This document shows positions 48,754-58,842 of a DNA stretch of 64,000 bases, one piece after another (position 1 is the first letter of the stretch; each line of letters opens with the position of its first letter). This DNA comes from Promethearchaeia archaeon. Its GTDB lineage: Archaea; Asgardarchaeota; Lokiarchaeia; Sigyniarchaeales; SOKP01. The notes beneath the pieces were generated by a model. The model did no database searches, was not told the origin of the DNA, and saw only the letters and a list, made by a program, of their open reading frames with translations. The stretch is from contig JAHQWL010000075.1 of the NCBI GenBank assembly GCA_029856155.1, positions 55,561 through 119,560 on the forward strand, given 5' to 3'. Position numbers and translations under genes: made by a program.

Positions 48754-49428
48754 ATGAATTGGGAAAATGAAAAAGGTAATTTCCATAATTTCATATTAAA
48801 CAATAAAATTATTGGATTTTTTAGAGAACCTATAAGATTAAAATCAGGTAGGCTATCTTACTGGTATGTAAATTGGAGGAATATAGCTTCCGATGTTTTT
48901 TTACTCGATCAATTAACTGATTATATTCTTTTATTTGTTGATAATTTAGGTTTAAATCCGGTATGTTTTTATGGTGTTCCAGAAGGAGCTACAAAATTAG
49001 GCGTTATTACACAATATAAATGGGCAAGAAGACAGAAAAATTATAATCCTGGAATTTACCCTTTATCTATGGGCAGAGGTAAACAAAAAGAACATGGAGA
49101 TCCGAAAGACGCATTTTTTGTAGGAATACCTAAAGGAGAAACTATTATTCTTGAAGATGTAACAACAACTGGAGAATCTCTAATTGCGACAATTAAAAAA
49201 TTGCGAGATCTAAATGTTAAAATAATTGCTACTATTGGATTAACAAATAGAAACGAATTAACAGATGACGGAAAGAGTGTTGAAGAGATAGTAAAAGAAC
49301 AAAATGTCCAGTATTATGCAATGAGCAATGCAATTGATTTATTGCCTAAAATAAAAATGAATAAAGATATTAAAAAACACATTGAAGAATACTTCAAAAA
49401 TTATGGGACTAAACAAATTAATCTCTAA
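48754..49428 (+). CDS. pyrE: orotate phosphoribosyltransferase
   Basis: LKSGR.S..Y, K.HG, PRPP motif ILEDVTTTGES. Confidence 0.88.
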   Translation: MNWENEKGNFHNFILNNKIIGFFREPIRLKSGRLSYWYVNWRNIASDVFLLDQLTDYILLFVDNLGLNPVCFYGVPEGATKLGVITQYKWARRQKNYNPGIYPLSMGRGKQKEHGDPKDAFFVGIPKGETIILEDVTTTGESLIATIKKLRDLNVKIIATIGLTNRNELTDDGKSVEEIVKEQNVQYYAMSNAIDLLPKIKMNKDIKKHIEEYFKNYGTKQINL

Positions 49429-49464
49429 TATTTCTAATATATGTAAATTAAAATTATTTAAAGC

Positions 49465-50025
49465 TTAATAAAAATCTCTCCATATTTTAATAAGATTGTA
49501 TAAATAAGTGTAAAGTAATTTTTCAGAATTTGTTAATCTTCTCTCATCCTCTAAAGATAATTCAGCCATAGATAACTTTAATAGTTTTAATAACCGACTA
49601 TCAATTATATTGGAAGTATATGAATTATATCTATCCAAATCTATTTTGGGTTTATTTTTTTTTACTACTTCATTTTCCATGAACCTTTTGAATTCTTTTA
49701 TCTTATTTAAAAAAGAATTATCATTTCTTTTGATTAATTTAAAATCATCTCTCTCACCTATAGCATAACGTTGAACATCAATGTTATCACATTTTCCTGT
49801 CGGAGCAACTTTTAAAATATCTTTTTCTATGAAGGGTATTGCAGAGAATAACTTTAATCGATATTTTTTACCTTTCTCAAAGGGACCGAACGATTCTCCT
49901 AATAGAGAAAAACCTTCAAAATCATTTATACATTCCGTAATAATAATTTCATTTTTAAAGACAAAGTTTAACCTACTCAAAGAACATGCAAATCGTTCTT
50001 CAATTACTTCCAATAATAATTTCAC
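49465..50025 (-). CDS. GINS complex subunit (Gins23-like)
   Basis: N-terminal beta domain GPF.KG...L..A; C-terminal RL.KLL.L....LT.SE..LY; near mcm. Confidence 0.7.
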   Translation of the reverse strand: MKLLLEVIEERFACSLSRLNFVFKNEIIITECINDFEGFSLLGESFGPFEKGKKYRLKLFSAIPFIEKDILKVAPTGKCDNIDVQRYAIGERDDFKLIKRNDNSFLNKIKEFKRFMENEVVKKNKPKIDLDRYNSYTSNIIDSRLLKLLKLSMAELSLEDERRLTNSEKLLYTYLYNLIKIWRDFY

Positions 50026-50119
50026 CAGATTTAATAAATTAATAAGTCTTTATATACTATACAATAGTAATTCAAGAGAAATAAACATATTATTATTTTT
50101 TTAATAAATTAAAAACCTC

Positions 50120-53100
50120 GTGAAAATTTTGGTTATAGAAATAATACTGCTTATTGTCTTTATCATCTTCTTTTTAATTGGATTTTATATAATATATAAA
50201 CAAGTTGCATTAGTTAAAAAAGGAGAATTGAGTAATAAAGATCGATTCCAGTGTTTATTCTACGGAATGATCTTTAGCTTCTCTATTATGGTTGTTTTTA
50301 CAGTTGCTGTAATTTTTACTGTAAGAACACCTGAACTTTGGGACCCTGAAACTACACCCCCAGATGTCCATCCTCTAGCATTATTAATTCCTTTTATTTG
50401 TTGCTTAATTTATTTAACAATTTATCCAATTATAGATTTCCTTTTTATTGCTTTAAGTAAAGAAAAAGATGAAGGATTGACCCCCTTTCATAAATTTATA
50501 AGAAACAAGATTATTTATCTCTCAAGTAATAAATTTACAAATGTATTAATTGCTTTAGTCTTTTTTATCTTAGTCTTTGTTCTCCCTCCTATTATATTGT
50601 CAATAATAGGGTTACCTTTTATAGTGATTTGGATAACATGGAGTCTTGTTTACCCCCTAATGATATTAACTTTTTATGGGTCTAAAGGATATATTGCTGG
50701 ACTTTCAGATGCTTATTATCATATTCCTGACGTAAGAAGATCAATTTTTCTTAATTTTGAGAATACTAAAAGAGGACTAAACCAATTCAAATCTGAACCA
50801 GGATACTACATTATCTTAGGTTTAATGATTTTTGTATTTATATGGGCTTGGATTTCATTATTCCAGACTATAGGTTTCTTTTTTACAAAAACATTGGCAA
50901 TATCAACCATGTCTTCTGTTTTTGTATTTGTAACTTTATTTTTTGGTATTATAGGATATTTTACACGTTTTTGGGGAAGAAAAATAAAATACCGAGGCAT
51001 TGATATATACTTTGCTGCTTACTTAATGGCATCTATAGGGATCAACGTTTTAGTTAATTTCTTAATAGTAAATCCTAAAAAATTGTTGTTTACTTTTAAG
51101 CTATGGACCCTCACTAATCAAATCGTTCCAAATTTTGTTATGTTTGCTTGGGCTGCTGTTATTGAAGAAATAGTATTAGTCATTTTTACTTCATACTTTT
51201 TTTTAGCAAGAAATAATGAATTTATTACTAATATTAAATATTCTAAAATTACTAAATCTGGTCAAACTTTTGATCCAATTCCACTATTTAATTTAATTAA
51301 ACATCGTAATAAGAAAATAAGCAAACATGCGGAACAAACCTTGGTATTGATGTTTGAAAGAATTCCCTTAAAAAATGAAATAGATCTTAATAAATGGAAA
51401 TTTAAAAATTCCTTGTTAGATGGAATATGTGAAGATAATCCAAATTCAAGAGAAATTTGTAAAAAAATATTAATTCAATTAGAAAAGGACATTCCAGAGA
51501 AAATATTACCTTGGATAATAGAAGCATTAGAATCTCCTAATTATGATAAATCGATCCCTATTACAAGATCACTCCTAAAAACAGATATAGATTTCATTGA
51601 AAAAATCCCTAATAATTTGATTATTAACTTAATTGAAGATTCAGAATGGAGAATAAAATTATTAGGAGTTAAAATTTTAAAAAGACTCCTAAAGAAAAAT
51701 AATGATTTGATTCATAAAGTAGATATTAAAAACCTAATAAATAACCCAAATAGTAGGATTCAAGTCGAGATTCTAAATATTTTAGCAGAATCTTCTTATG
51801 TACTTCCTATTGATACTATAATTCAAAAAATATTTCATATTAATAATGAAATTAGCGCAGCAGCAATTAAAAATCTAAAAAATCTTGACTATAAAGATAT
51901 TGACAAAAAAATGATTTCTAAAATTATTCCTCTGATGAAGGATCCATCTAGTTCTGTAAGAGCTTCAATTTTTGATGTGATTACAAAAATTGGTAATTTT
52001 AGAAAAAATAATATTCCAATTTTGCCCCTCTTTGAGGGTTTAACTGATTCAAATGAAAGAACTCGAGAAGCAGCTATAAATGTACTGGAAAAATATTTTG
52101 AAGAGGAACCCGGGTTGTTAGATATTGACAATATAATTAATAAAATCGATCCAAATAATTTTGAAGTACTAAATAGCTTTGTTTCACTTCTCGGAAGATT
52201 ATGGAAATATAACCCTGATAAAATATTAACTATTTTTTTAGCATATATAAAATTCGAAAATAAACAATTAAGAGAAAATATTTCAAATATTTTAATAGAA
52301 AAATATACTAAAAACCCTGATTTAATAGTTCAGAACTTAATTAAGATCCCAGATGTTACGAAATATATAACCAAAGGCATCATATCACAGACATTTATCA
52401 ATATTGGTAAAAGAGATCCAAAAAATATAATTCTAAGCTTAATAAATTATCTTAATGATGAAAATGATGATGTAAGATTAAATGCTCTAAATGCAATTGA
52501 TGGATTGATTGAAGAATTTGTTGATTATAGTGATTTGAAACCAATCCTATTACTATTACGGAAAGACAAAAACAAACAAGAAAAGAAAACAACCTCAAGT
52601 ATTATTTCAAAAATAGCTCAAAAAGATTCTTCTCTGATAAAACCATATATGTCTGAATTCTTACAGATATTAACTAAACAAGAGATATCTGTAAGAATTG
52701 TACTTACTAAATCTCTTTTAGATATTGCTAAAGATTCTCCAGATATCATTCCCGTCCAGGAAATTCTAAATTTTCTTAACGATCAAGATTCATTTATCCG
52801 TGAAACTAGTGCGAAAATTCTAGGGTATATTGGATATAAACTTCCGATATCAGTTACAGATGCATTAATTAACAGAGCATCAAATGATGATGAATGGATT
52901 GTCAGAGAGGCAGCTGTTACAAGTTTAGGAGAAATAATTAAACATACTGATAAAAAGGAAAAAATCATTGAAAAACTGGTTTCTTTACTTAATGATGAAG
53001 AAAATTGGGTTCGGAGGTCGGTTTTGAATATTTTATCAACTATTAAAGAGGTAAATAATTCTCACATTTCTTTTAATGATTTAAGAAATAATTTAACAAG

Positions 53101-53473
53101 CACTGATCCAAAAGTTAGAGAAGCTTCAGTTGGTTTAATTCGAATTTACAGTAATCAAATCGAAGAGATTTTTAATAAGATCGTGATATTATTAGAAGAT
53201 GAATCAAAAGAAGTAAGAGCTAGAGCTATTAATAGTTTTGTTGAAATAATACAAGAAGTAGGACTTAACCAGATTTTATCAAAATTATTAAAAAATCTAA
53301 GTGATGAAGGATCTATAGAAACTCAGCGTTCAATTGCATTAATTTTAGGACGAACTGTTAAATATGAGGATAAAGAGATTAAAAAACGAGTCATTTCTCT
53401 GTTAAAAATAAGATGTGAAATGAGCCAGGATCCTACTATTTGTGGGATCTTGCAACAATTAAAAGAGAGTTAA
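50120..53473 (+). CDS. polytopic membrane protein with long C-terminal HEAT-repeat solenoid
   Basis: About 8-9 hydrophobic helices in the first 360 aa; repeated L.D....VR..A...L units thereafter. Confidence 0.85.
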   Translation: MKILVIEIILLIVFIIFFLIGFYIIYKQVALVKKGELSNKDRFQCLFYGMIFSFSIMVVFTVAVIFTVRTPELWDPETTPPDVHPLALLIPFICCLIYLTIYPIIDFLFIALSKEKDEGLTPFHKFIRNKIIYLSSNKFTNVLIALVFFILVFVLPPIILSIIGLPFIVIWITWSLVYPLMILTFYGSKGYIAGLSDAYYHIPDVRRSIFLNFENTKRGLNQFKSEPGYYIILGLMIFVFIWAWISLFQTIGFFFTKTLAISTMSSVFVFVTLFFGIIGYFTRFWGRKIKYRGIDIYFAAYLMASIGINVLVNFLIVNPKKLLFTFKLWTLTNQIVPNFVMFAWAAVIEEIVLVIFTSYFFLARNNEFITNIKYSKITKSGQTFDPIPLFNLIKHRNKKISKHAEQTLVLMFERIPLKNEIDLNKWKFKNSLLDGICEDNPNSREICKKILIQLEKDIPEKILPWIIEALESPNYDKSIPITRSLLKTDIDFIEKIPNNLIINLIEDSEWRIKLLGVKILKRLLKKNNDLIHKVDIKNLINNPNSRIQVEILNILAESSYVLPIDTIIQKIFHINNEISAAAIKNLKNLDYKDIDKKMISKIIPLMKDPSSSVRASIFDVITKIGNFRKNNIPILPLFEGLTDSNERTREAAINVLEKYFEEEPGLLDIDNIINKIDPNNFEVLNSFVSLLGRLWKYNPDKILTIFLAYIKFENKQLRENISNILIEKYTKNPDLIVQNLIKIPDVTKYITKGIISQTFINIGKRDPKNIILSLINYLNDENDDVRLNALNAIDGLIEEFVDYSDLKPILLLLRKDKNKQEKKTTSSIISKIAQKDSSLIKPYMSEFLQILTKQEISVRIVLTKSLLDIAKDSPDIIPVQEILNFLNDQDSFIRETSAKILGYIGYKLPISVTDALINRASNDDEWIVREAAVTSLGEIIKHTDKKEKIIEKLVSLLNDEENWVRRSVLNILSTIKEVNNSHISFNDLRNNLTSTDPKVREASVGLIRIYSNQIEEIFNKIVILLEDESKEVRARAINSFVEIIQEVGLNQILSKLLKNLSDEGSIETQRSIALILGRTVKYEDKEIKKRVISLLKIRCEMSQDPTICGILQQLKES

Positions 53474-53643
53474 AGTATTACAATTTTCAAAATAAATTTA
53501 ATTGTAATTCAGTAAATCTAGCGACATATTGCTCTTTTAATAGTTATTTATTTACCTAAAAATAAAAGTCAGTTCGTTAATAAGATAGATTAAAAATCAA
53601 CAATAACATTTAGGCATATTAAAAAAATTTAAGGTAATTTGTC

Positions 53644-55770
53644 ATGACAACCCCTTTATCAAGCCCTACTCAACCAATTAATAAAGTACAACGCTTTGAG
53701 GATTTTTATCGTTTATTTCAAGAAAAACCAGGCGTGTATAAGTATCAAGATCAAATTAATGATATTTACGCAAAAGGAGGAAATACTCTAATTATTCTTT
53801 ATGAAGATTTATTGGCAAGTGAACCAGATATAGCTGAATTGCTAAAACAAGATCCTGAAGCTTTATTTGAAGATGCTGTAGAAGCATTTAAGAATCTATT
53901 AAAATTTCAAGGGTCAAAACTTACTCATCAAAATTATTTTGTTAGAATAACCACTAAAGATAAAGTAAGTACTTTATTTATCCCTCTAAGAGGATTAAGG
54001 GCAAAACATATTAGTACCCTAGTCTGGTCTAATGGTATCTTAGTTAGATGTTCTACAATACGACCTAAGATAATAAAAGCCTCATTTGAATGTAATTTAT
54101 GTGGAGCTCAATTTGATATTATTCAGTTAACTTCGAGAATAAGGTGGCCTAAGTTTTGTGTAAACAAGAGATGTAAAGCAAGAGCACAAACAGATTTTAG
54201 ACTTATATCAAAAAGTTCAGAATTTATTGATTGGCAAAGCGTCATGATTCAAGAGATACCAGAAGATTTACCACCTGGAAGAATTCCTAGATCAGTTCAG
54301 GTAATTCTAACACACGATTTAGTTGATACAGTAAAACCAGGGGATAGAGTTAAATTAATGGGAGTTTTTAAATCGGTTTTAGCCCAATCGACTAAAAGTA
54401 ATAATTCTACATTATTCAAGACTTTTTTCGATATTAATTTTATAGATCCTGAAGATAAGTCAGAAGATACTATTGATCTCTCCAAAGAAGATATGAAGAA
54501 AATTGAAGATCTATCGAAAGAACCATTTATACAAAAAAAAATCGCAAGATCAATCGCTCCGGATATATATGGGAGAGAAGATCTTAAAATTGCATCAGCA
54601 TTAAGCTTATTTGCAGGGACAAGGAAGAAAAAACCCGGAGGAGGTTATAAAAGAGGTGATATTCATGTATTATTTGTTGGAGATCCAGGAACTGGAAAAT
54701 CAGAGATCCTGAAAAGTGCCATAGAGGTATCTCCACGAGGATTATACACTTCTGGGAAAGGTTCCACTGCCGTAGGTTTAACCGCGGCAGTAATAAAAGA
54801 TAACGAAACGGGTCAAATGAACCTTGAGGCCGGAGTTGTTGTATTAGCAAATGGAGGTGCAGCTGCAATTGATGAATTTGATAAAATGGATACTGCAGAT
54901 AGATCCGCACTCCATGAAGCAATGGAACAACAAACCGTAAGTATTGCTAAAGCTGGAATTGTTGCTACATTGAAAGCTCAAACAGCGATCATCGCGGCAG
55001 CTAATCCATATTCTGGAAGATATGATAGATATAAAACTCCTACTCAAAATATTAGATTACCACCTTCTCTCTTATCTCGTTTTGATTTAATTTTTATAGT
55101 TGTTGATAAACCCAATCCGGCAGATGATGCTCAAATGGCTGAGTTTATACTAAAAAATTCCATGATGAACTCAGAAGAAACGCTTGAAGAAAATGATACT
55201 TCTGTAGCACCCATCTCAAGAGATCTACTGAAAAAATATATTAAACATGCTAGAAGGACATGTAATCCCGTCTTATCTGATGAAGCTAAAGAAAGAATAA
55301 AAGAATTTTACCTTGATTTAAGAGGGCAATATGACAGTGATGATGCTATTATATCGATTTTAGCAAGAAATTTAGATGCTTTAGTTAGGCTTAGTGAAGC
55401 TTATGCTAAAATGGCGTTAAGAGATAATGTACTTAAAGAAGACGTAGAAGAAATAATTAAATTATTCAAGAGATATCTTAAAGATACAGGTTATGACGAA
55501 ACAACAGGTAAAATTGATATGGACAGAATATTTGTTGGTCAATCTAGAACTAATCTAAATAAATTAGAAACGATTATGAATAGATTAAAAGAGATCTTTG
55601 AAGAAAATAATTGGAAAGCACTTGAAAAATCTAATATTATTCAGATTTTAGAGCTAGAAGAGAATTTAGATAAAAAATTTATAGAGAATGCTTTAGATGA
55701 ATTGATAAAAGAGGGAACCCTATACGAACCTAAAAGTAACCAAATTAAATTTACAAATAAAATAGAATAA
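53644..55770 (+). CDS. mcm: replicative helicase MCM
   Basis: Zn finger, GDPGTGKS, AVGLTAAV, IDEFDKM, AAANP, SRFD; no intein. Confidence 0.97.
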   Translation: MTTPLSSPTQPINKVQRFEDFYRLFQEKPGVYKYQDQINDIYAKGGNTLIILYEDLLASEPDIAELLKQDPEALFEDAVEAFKNLLKFQGSKLTHQNYFVRITTKDKVSTLFIPLRGLRAKHISTLVWSNGILVRCSTIRPKIIKASFECNLCGAQFDIIQLTSRIRWPKFCVNKRCKARAQTDFRLISKSSEFIDWQSVMIQEIPEDLPPGRIPRSVQVILTHDLVDTVKPGDRVKLMGVFKSVLAQSTKSNNSTLFKTFFDINFIDPEDKSEDTIDLSKEDMKKIEDLSKEPFIQKKIARSIAPDIYGREDLKIASALSLFAGTRKKKPGGGYKRGDIHVLFVGDPGTGKSEILKSAIEVSPRGLYTSGKGSTAVGLTAAVIKDNETGQMNLEAGVVVLANGGAAAIDEFDKMDTADRSALHEAMEQQTVSIAKAGIVATLKAQTAIIAAANPYSGRYDRYKTPTQNIRLPPSLLSRFDLIFIVVDKPNPADDAQMAEFILKNSMMNSEETLEENDTSVAPISRDLLKKYIKHARRTCNPVLSDEAKERIKEFYLDLRGQYDSDDAIISILARNLDALVRLSEAYAKMALRDNVLKEDVEEIIKLFKRYLKDTGYDETTGKIDMDRIFVGQSRTNLNKLETIMNRLKEIFEENNWKALEKSNIIQILELEENLDKKFIENALDELIKEGTLYEPKSNQIKFTNKIE

Positions 55771-55808
55771 TTTAATTCTTTTAAATTATAGTTAAGATAG
55801 GTTTTTTT

Positions 55809-56333
55809 TTAATAGAACACTTTTACTGCTTCTTCCGAGATAAGCTTAAATGCTAATTCCACATTTTCTCCGGTTTTTGCAGATGTCCTAATAATTGATA
55901 TTGCATTAATTCTCTTTTCTAAAGAAAAAATCTCTTTTTCACTTAATTCTGTTCCTAAATCATTCTTATTTGCAAGTAAAATAATTGGAGCCCTTGAGCA
56001 GTATTGTTTTACATCAGGAATCCAGAATTTTTCAATTTGATCGAATGTGTTTCTACGTGATAAATCCCCTACAAGAATAATCCCCTTGCCCCCAGAATAA
56101 TAAGAAGGTCTCATACTTATCCAACGCTCTTGTCCAGCGATATCCCAAAGCTGAATTTTTATATCAATATTCCTTTCTAATTTTAGTTCCTTTGTAAAAA
56201 TGTTTGTTCCTATACTTGAACGATAATCTTTAGTAAATTGTCCCGTGATGAATTTTTTAACTAAGCTTGTTTTTCCAACAGCGGGATCTCCAATTACAAT
56301 GATTTTCAGTGTATACTTAACGGTTTTGCTCAT
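55809..56333 (-). CDS. Rab-like small GTPase
   Basis: GDPAVGKTS, WDIAGQER, NKND, SAK; no C-terminal prenylation cysteines. Confidence 0.92.
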   Translation of the reverse strand: MSKTVKYTLKIIVIGDPAVGKTSLVKKFITGQFTKDYRSSIGTNIFTKELKLERNIDIKIQLWDIAGQERWISMRPSYYSGGKGIILVGDLSRRNTFDQIEKFWIPDVKQYCSRAPIILLANKNDLGTELSEKEIFSLEKRINAISIIRTSAKTGENVELAFKLISEEAVKVFY

Positions 56334-56434
56334 ATTTAATTAATCCTATGAAGAAACTTTTTTAAGGTTATATGTAAATATTAAAATAATTAAGTCCTAA
56401 AATATGAAAAATGTAAAAATAGAGAGATAGTATT

Positions 56435-57535
56435 ATGACAACGGGTATTATATATGATGATATTTACTTAGAGCATAATATTGGAACTCAATTACAACAT
56501 GTAGAGAGCCATGAAAGATTGATTTCTATAATGAATTTTTTAAAAGAAAAACTTTTACTTGAAGATCCAAACTTTAAAGTCATTAAACCAAGAAAAGCAA
56601 CTTTAGAGCAAATCAGGTATGTTCACAGAGAAAGATTAATTAAAGAAATTCAAGAAATATGTGAGTTAAGTGCTAAAACCCACCGTCTTCAATCTATTGA
56701 TATGGATACAATAGCATCCCCTAAGACCTATGAAGCATCATTATTCTCAGTCGGTGGAAATTTGCAAGCTATAGATGAGATATTAACTAATAATATAAAA
56801 AACGCCTTCGCATTGGTAAGACCTCCTGGACACCATTCTAATTCACATCGATTTGCTGGATTTTGCATATTCAATAATATTGCTATCGCAGCAGAATATC
56901 TTTTTAGGGAAAAAGGAATAAAGAAAATAGCTATTATAGATTGGGATTGCCATCATGGTAATGGTACTCAAGATATCTTCTATGAAGGTTCTAAATCAGA
57001 CTCTGGAGAAATAGTAGTGTTTAATTCTCATCAATACGGTTATTTTTATCCAGGTACAGGAAATTATGATGAAATTGGTATGGGGAAAGGAGCAGGAAAA
57101 ATTATTAATTATCCAATGCCTGCTGGTTCAGCTGATGATGTCATACCTCTTTTTTTCGATGAAATAATCGCTCCTGTATGTGAAGAGTTTAAACCAGAAT
57201 TTATTTTAATTTCTGCGGGTTTTGATACCCATTGGACAGATCAATTAACAAATATGAATTGGACATACCAAGCACCTGCAAACTATCTAAAAAAAATTAA
57301 AACTATCGCACAAAAATATGCTAACGATAAAATTCTTATAACTTTAGAAGGAGGTTATGAATTAGATAAACAAGCTCGTGGTGTTTATAATTGTTTAAAA
57401 GTTCTTAATAATGAGGATGACAGTCTATTACTAGAAGAATCAAGATCCTCTAGGCCAGAATTGCTAGAATATTTCAATAATAAATTAATTCCCGCATTAA
57501 AGAATAAATTAAAACAATATTGGGAATGTTTTTAA
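56435..57535 (+). CDS. histone deacetylase-family (zinc-dependent) deacetylase
   Basis: RPPGHH, GFCIFNN, DWDCHHGNGTQ, SAGFD, LEGGY. Confidence 0.93.
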   Translation: MTTGIIYDDIYLEHNIGTQLQHVESHERLISIMNFLKEKLLLEDPNFKVIKPRKATLEQIRYVHRERLIKEIQEICELSAKTHRLQSIDMDTIASPKTYEASLFSVGGNLQAIDEILTNNIKNAFALVRPPGHHSNSHRFAGFCIFNNIAIAAEYLFREKGIKKIAIIDWDCHHGNGTQDIFYEGSKSDSGEIVVFNSHQYGYFYPGTGNYDEIGMGKGAGKIINYPMPAGSADDVIPLFFDEIIAPVCEEFKPEFILISAGFDTHWTDQLTNMNWTYQAPANYLKKIKTIAQKYANDKILITLEGGYELDKQARGVYNCLKVLNNEDDSLLLEESRSSRPELLEYFNNKLIPALKNKLKQYWECF

Positions 57536-57642
57536 GAAGTTATTTACAAAACACTTTTATATTTACATTTATGCTATTATTATAATTACACTAGTTATTG
57601 TATAATAAATTTTAATTTAGTAAAAATTATATAGAGATTATT

Positions 57643-58593
57643 ATGTCCGACGAATATGAGAGAAATGATAATAATAAGGAAAAGGAAAAAAAACCATTTT
57701 TAATACCATCGATGCCACCGCCTTCAGTAACCCCCCTTACACCTCCTCCTTCAATGCCACCTCCTACAGCTACGCCCCCTACCACCCCCCTACCTCTAAC
57801 AACCCCCCCCGCACCTCCAATTCCACAATCACCTTCTCCACCTGCACTTGAACCAACTCCCCCTCCTATCAGAGAGTCTATGGTTTCTCCTATTATTGAT
57901 TCCGCACCTTCAATTTCTATAGGTCCTTCACAAGAGGAATATGATTCAGCTAGAATACAACTCCAAGAAAAAGATTCCAAGATAAATCAATTACAATCTC
58001 AAATTAATGATTTAAATGCCCAAAATGCAAAATTTAATGCTCTGATTCGAGAAAAAGAAAGTCAAGTGAATCGAGTAGCAAACCAATTACAATCTCTTCA
58101 GAGTTCAACAGAAGCTTATCAACAACAAGTTAAACACTTGACTGATGAAAATGCTCAATTACAAGCTCATATTCCTGGATTACAACAACAAGTTCAAGAA
58201 CTTCAACAACATAATTCTATGTTGCAACAACAAATTGGGCCATTACAAGCACAAATTACTAAATTGCAAGAAGAGGTTGCATATAAAGAAAAACGTATCC
58301 AGGAATTGAAAGAACCAAAAGCAGTAATGCCTTCTAGCTTAGCACAGGGTATAACAGATCAAACATCTAGCTATAGTACCAGCCCATCTTTGACACCTAC
58401 AATAACACCTACAATAACACCTACACCAAGCCCCTCTGTTCAAATGGGAGCCGGGAGAAGAATTTGCCCAAACTGTGGTGCAAGTGGTTTTGCTGTAAAG
58501 GAAGTTGAAGATAAAACGCGAATTATCAGTTACATTCCAAAACCAATTTATGCAAAAAAGCTGGTATGTACTAAATGTGGTTTTGAATTTTAA
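57643..58593 (+). CDS. proline-rich, coiled-coil, C-terminal zinc-ribbon protein
   Basis: PPP-rich N-terminus, Gln-rich heptads, CPNC...CTKC. Confidence 0.8.
   Translation: MSDEYERNDNNKEKEKKPFLIPSMPPPSVTPLTPPPSMPPPTATPPTTPLPLTTPPAPPIPQSPSPPALEPTPPPIRESMVSPIIDSAPSISIGPSQEEYDSARIQLQEKDSKINQLQSQINDLNAQNAKFNALIREKESQVNRVANQLQSLQSSTEAYQQQVKHLTDENAQLQAHIPGLQQQVQELQQHNSMLQQQIGPLQAQITKLQEEVAYKEKRIQELKEPKAVMPSSLAQGITDQTSSYSTSPSLTPTITPTITPTPSPSVQMGAGRRICPNCGASGFAVKEVEDKTRIISYIPKPIYAKKLVCTKCGFEF
58393..58425 (+). repeat. 12-bp coding tandem repeat (acacctacaata) x2.75 encoding TPTI
   Basis: Seen directly. Confidence 0.8.
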
Positions 58594-58842
58594 AATAATT
58601 AATCTTTTCTTTTAAACTATTAATAAACCTTTTAGCCTTCATTTCAAATAGTTTTATTAGTGGATATTCCTACTAAGTTATAATTAGTGCCTTTTCATAA
58701 CTAAGTACAATCAAGTTATTCATAAAATTATTTTTAAAGAACCTAACAAATTAAAATAGGATGTGGAAAATTATATATATAATAATTTTAATTAATATTC
58801 TAAACTCTTTTTGGTGAAAAAAAAGGTTTATTTTGGTCTAAT

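Noticed and set aside
57627-57980. Gly-rich antisense ORF
   Set aside because: It is simply the complement of the proline codons on the sense strand.
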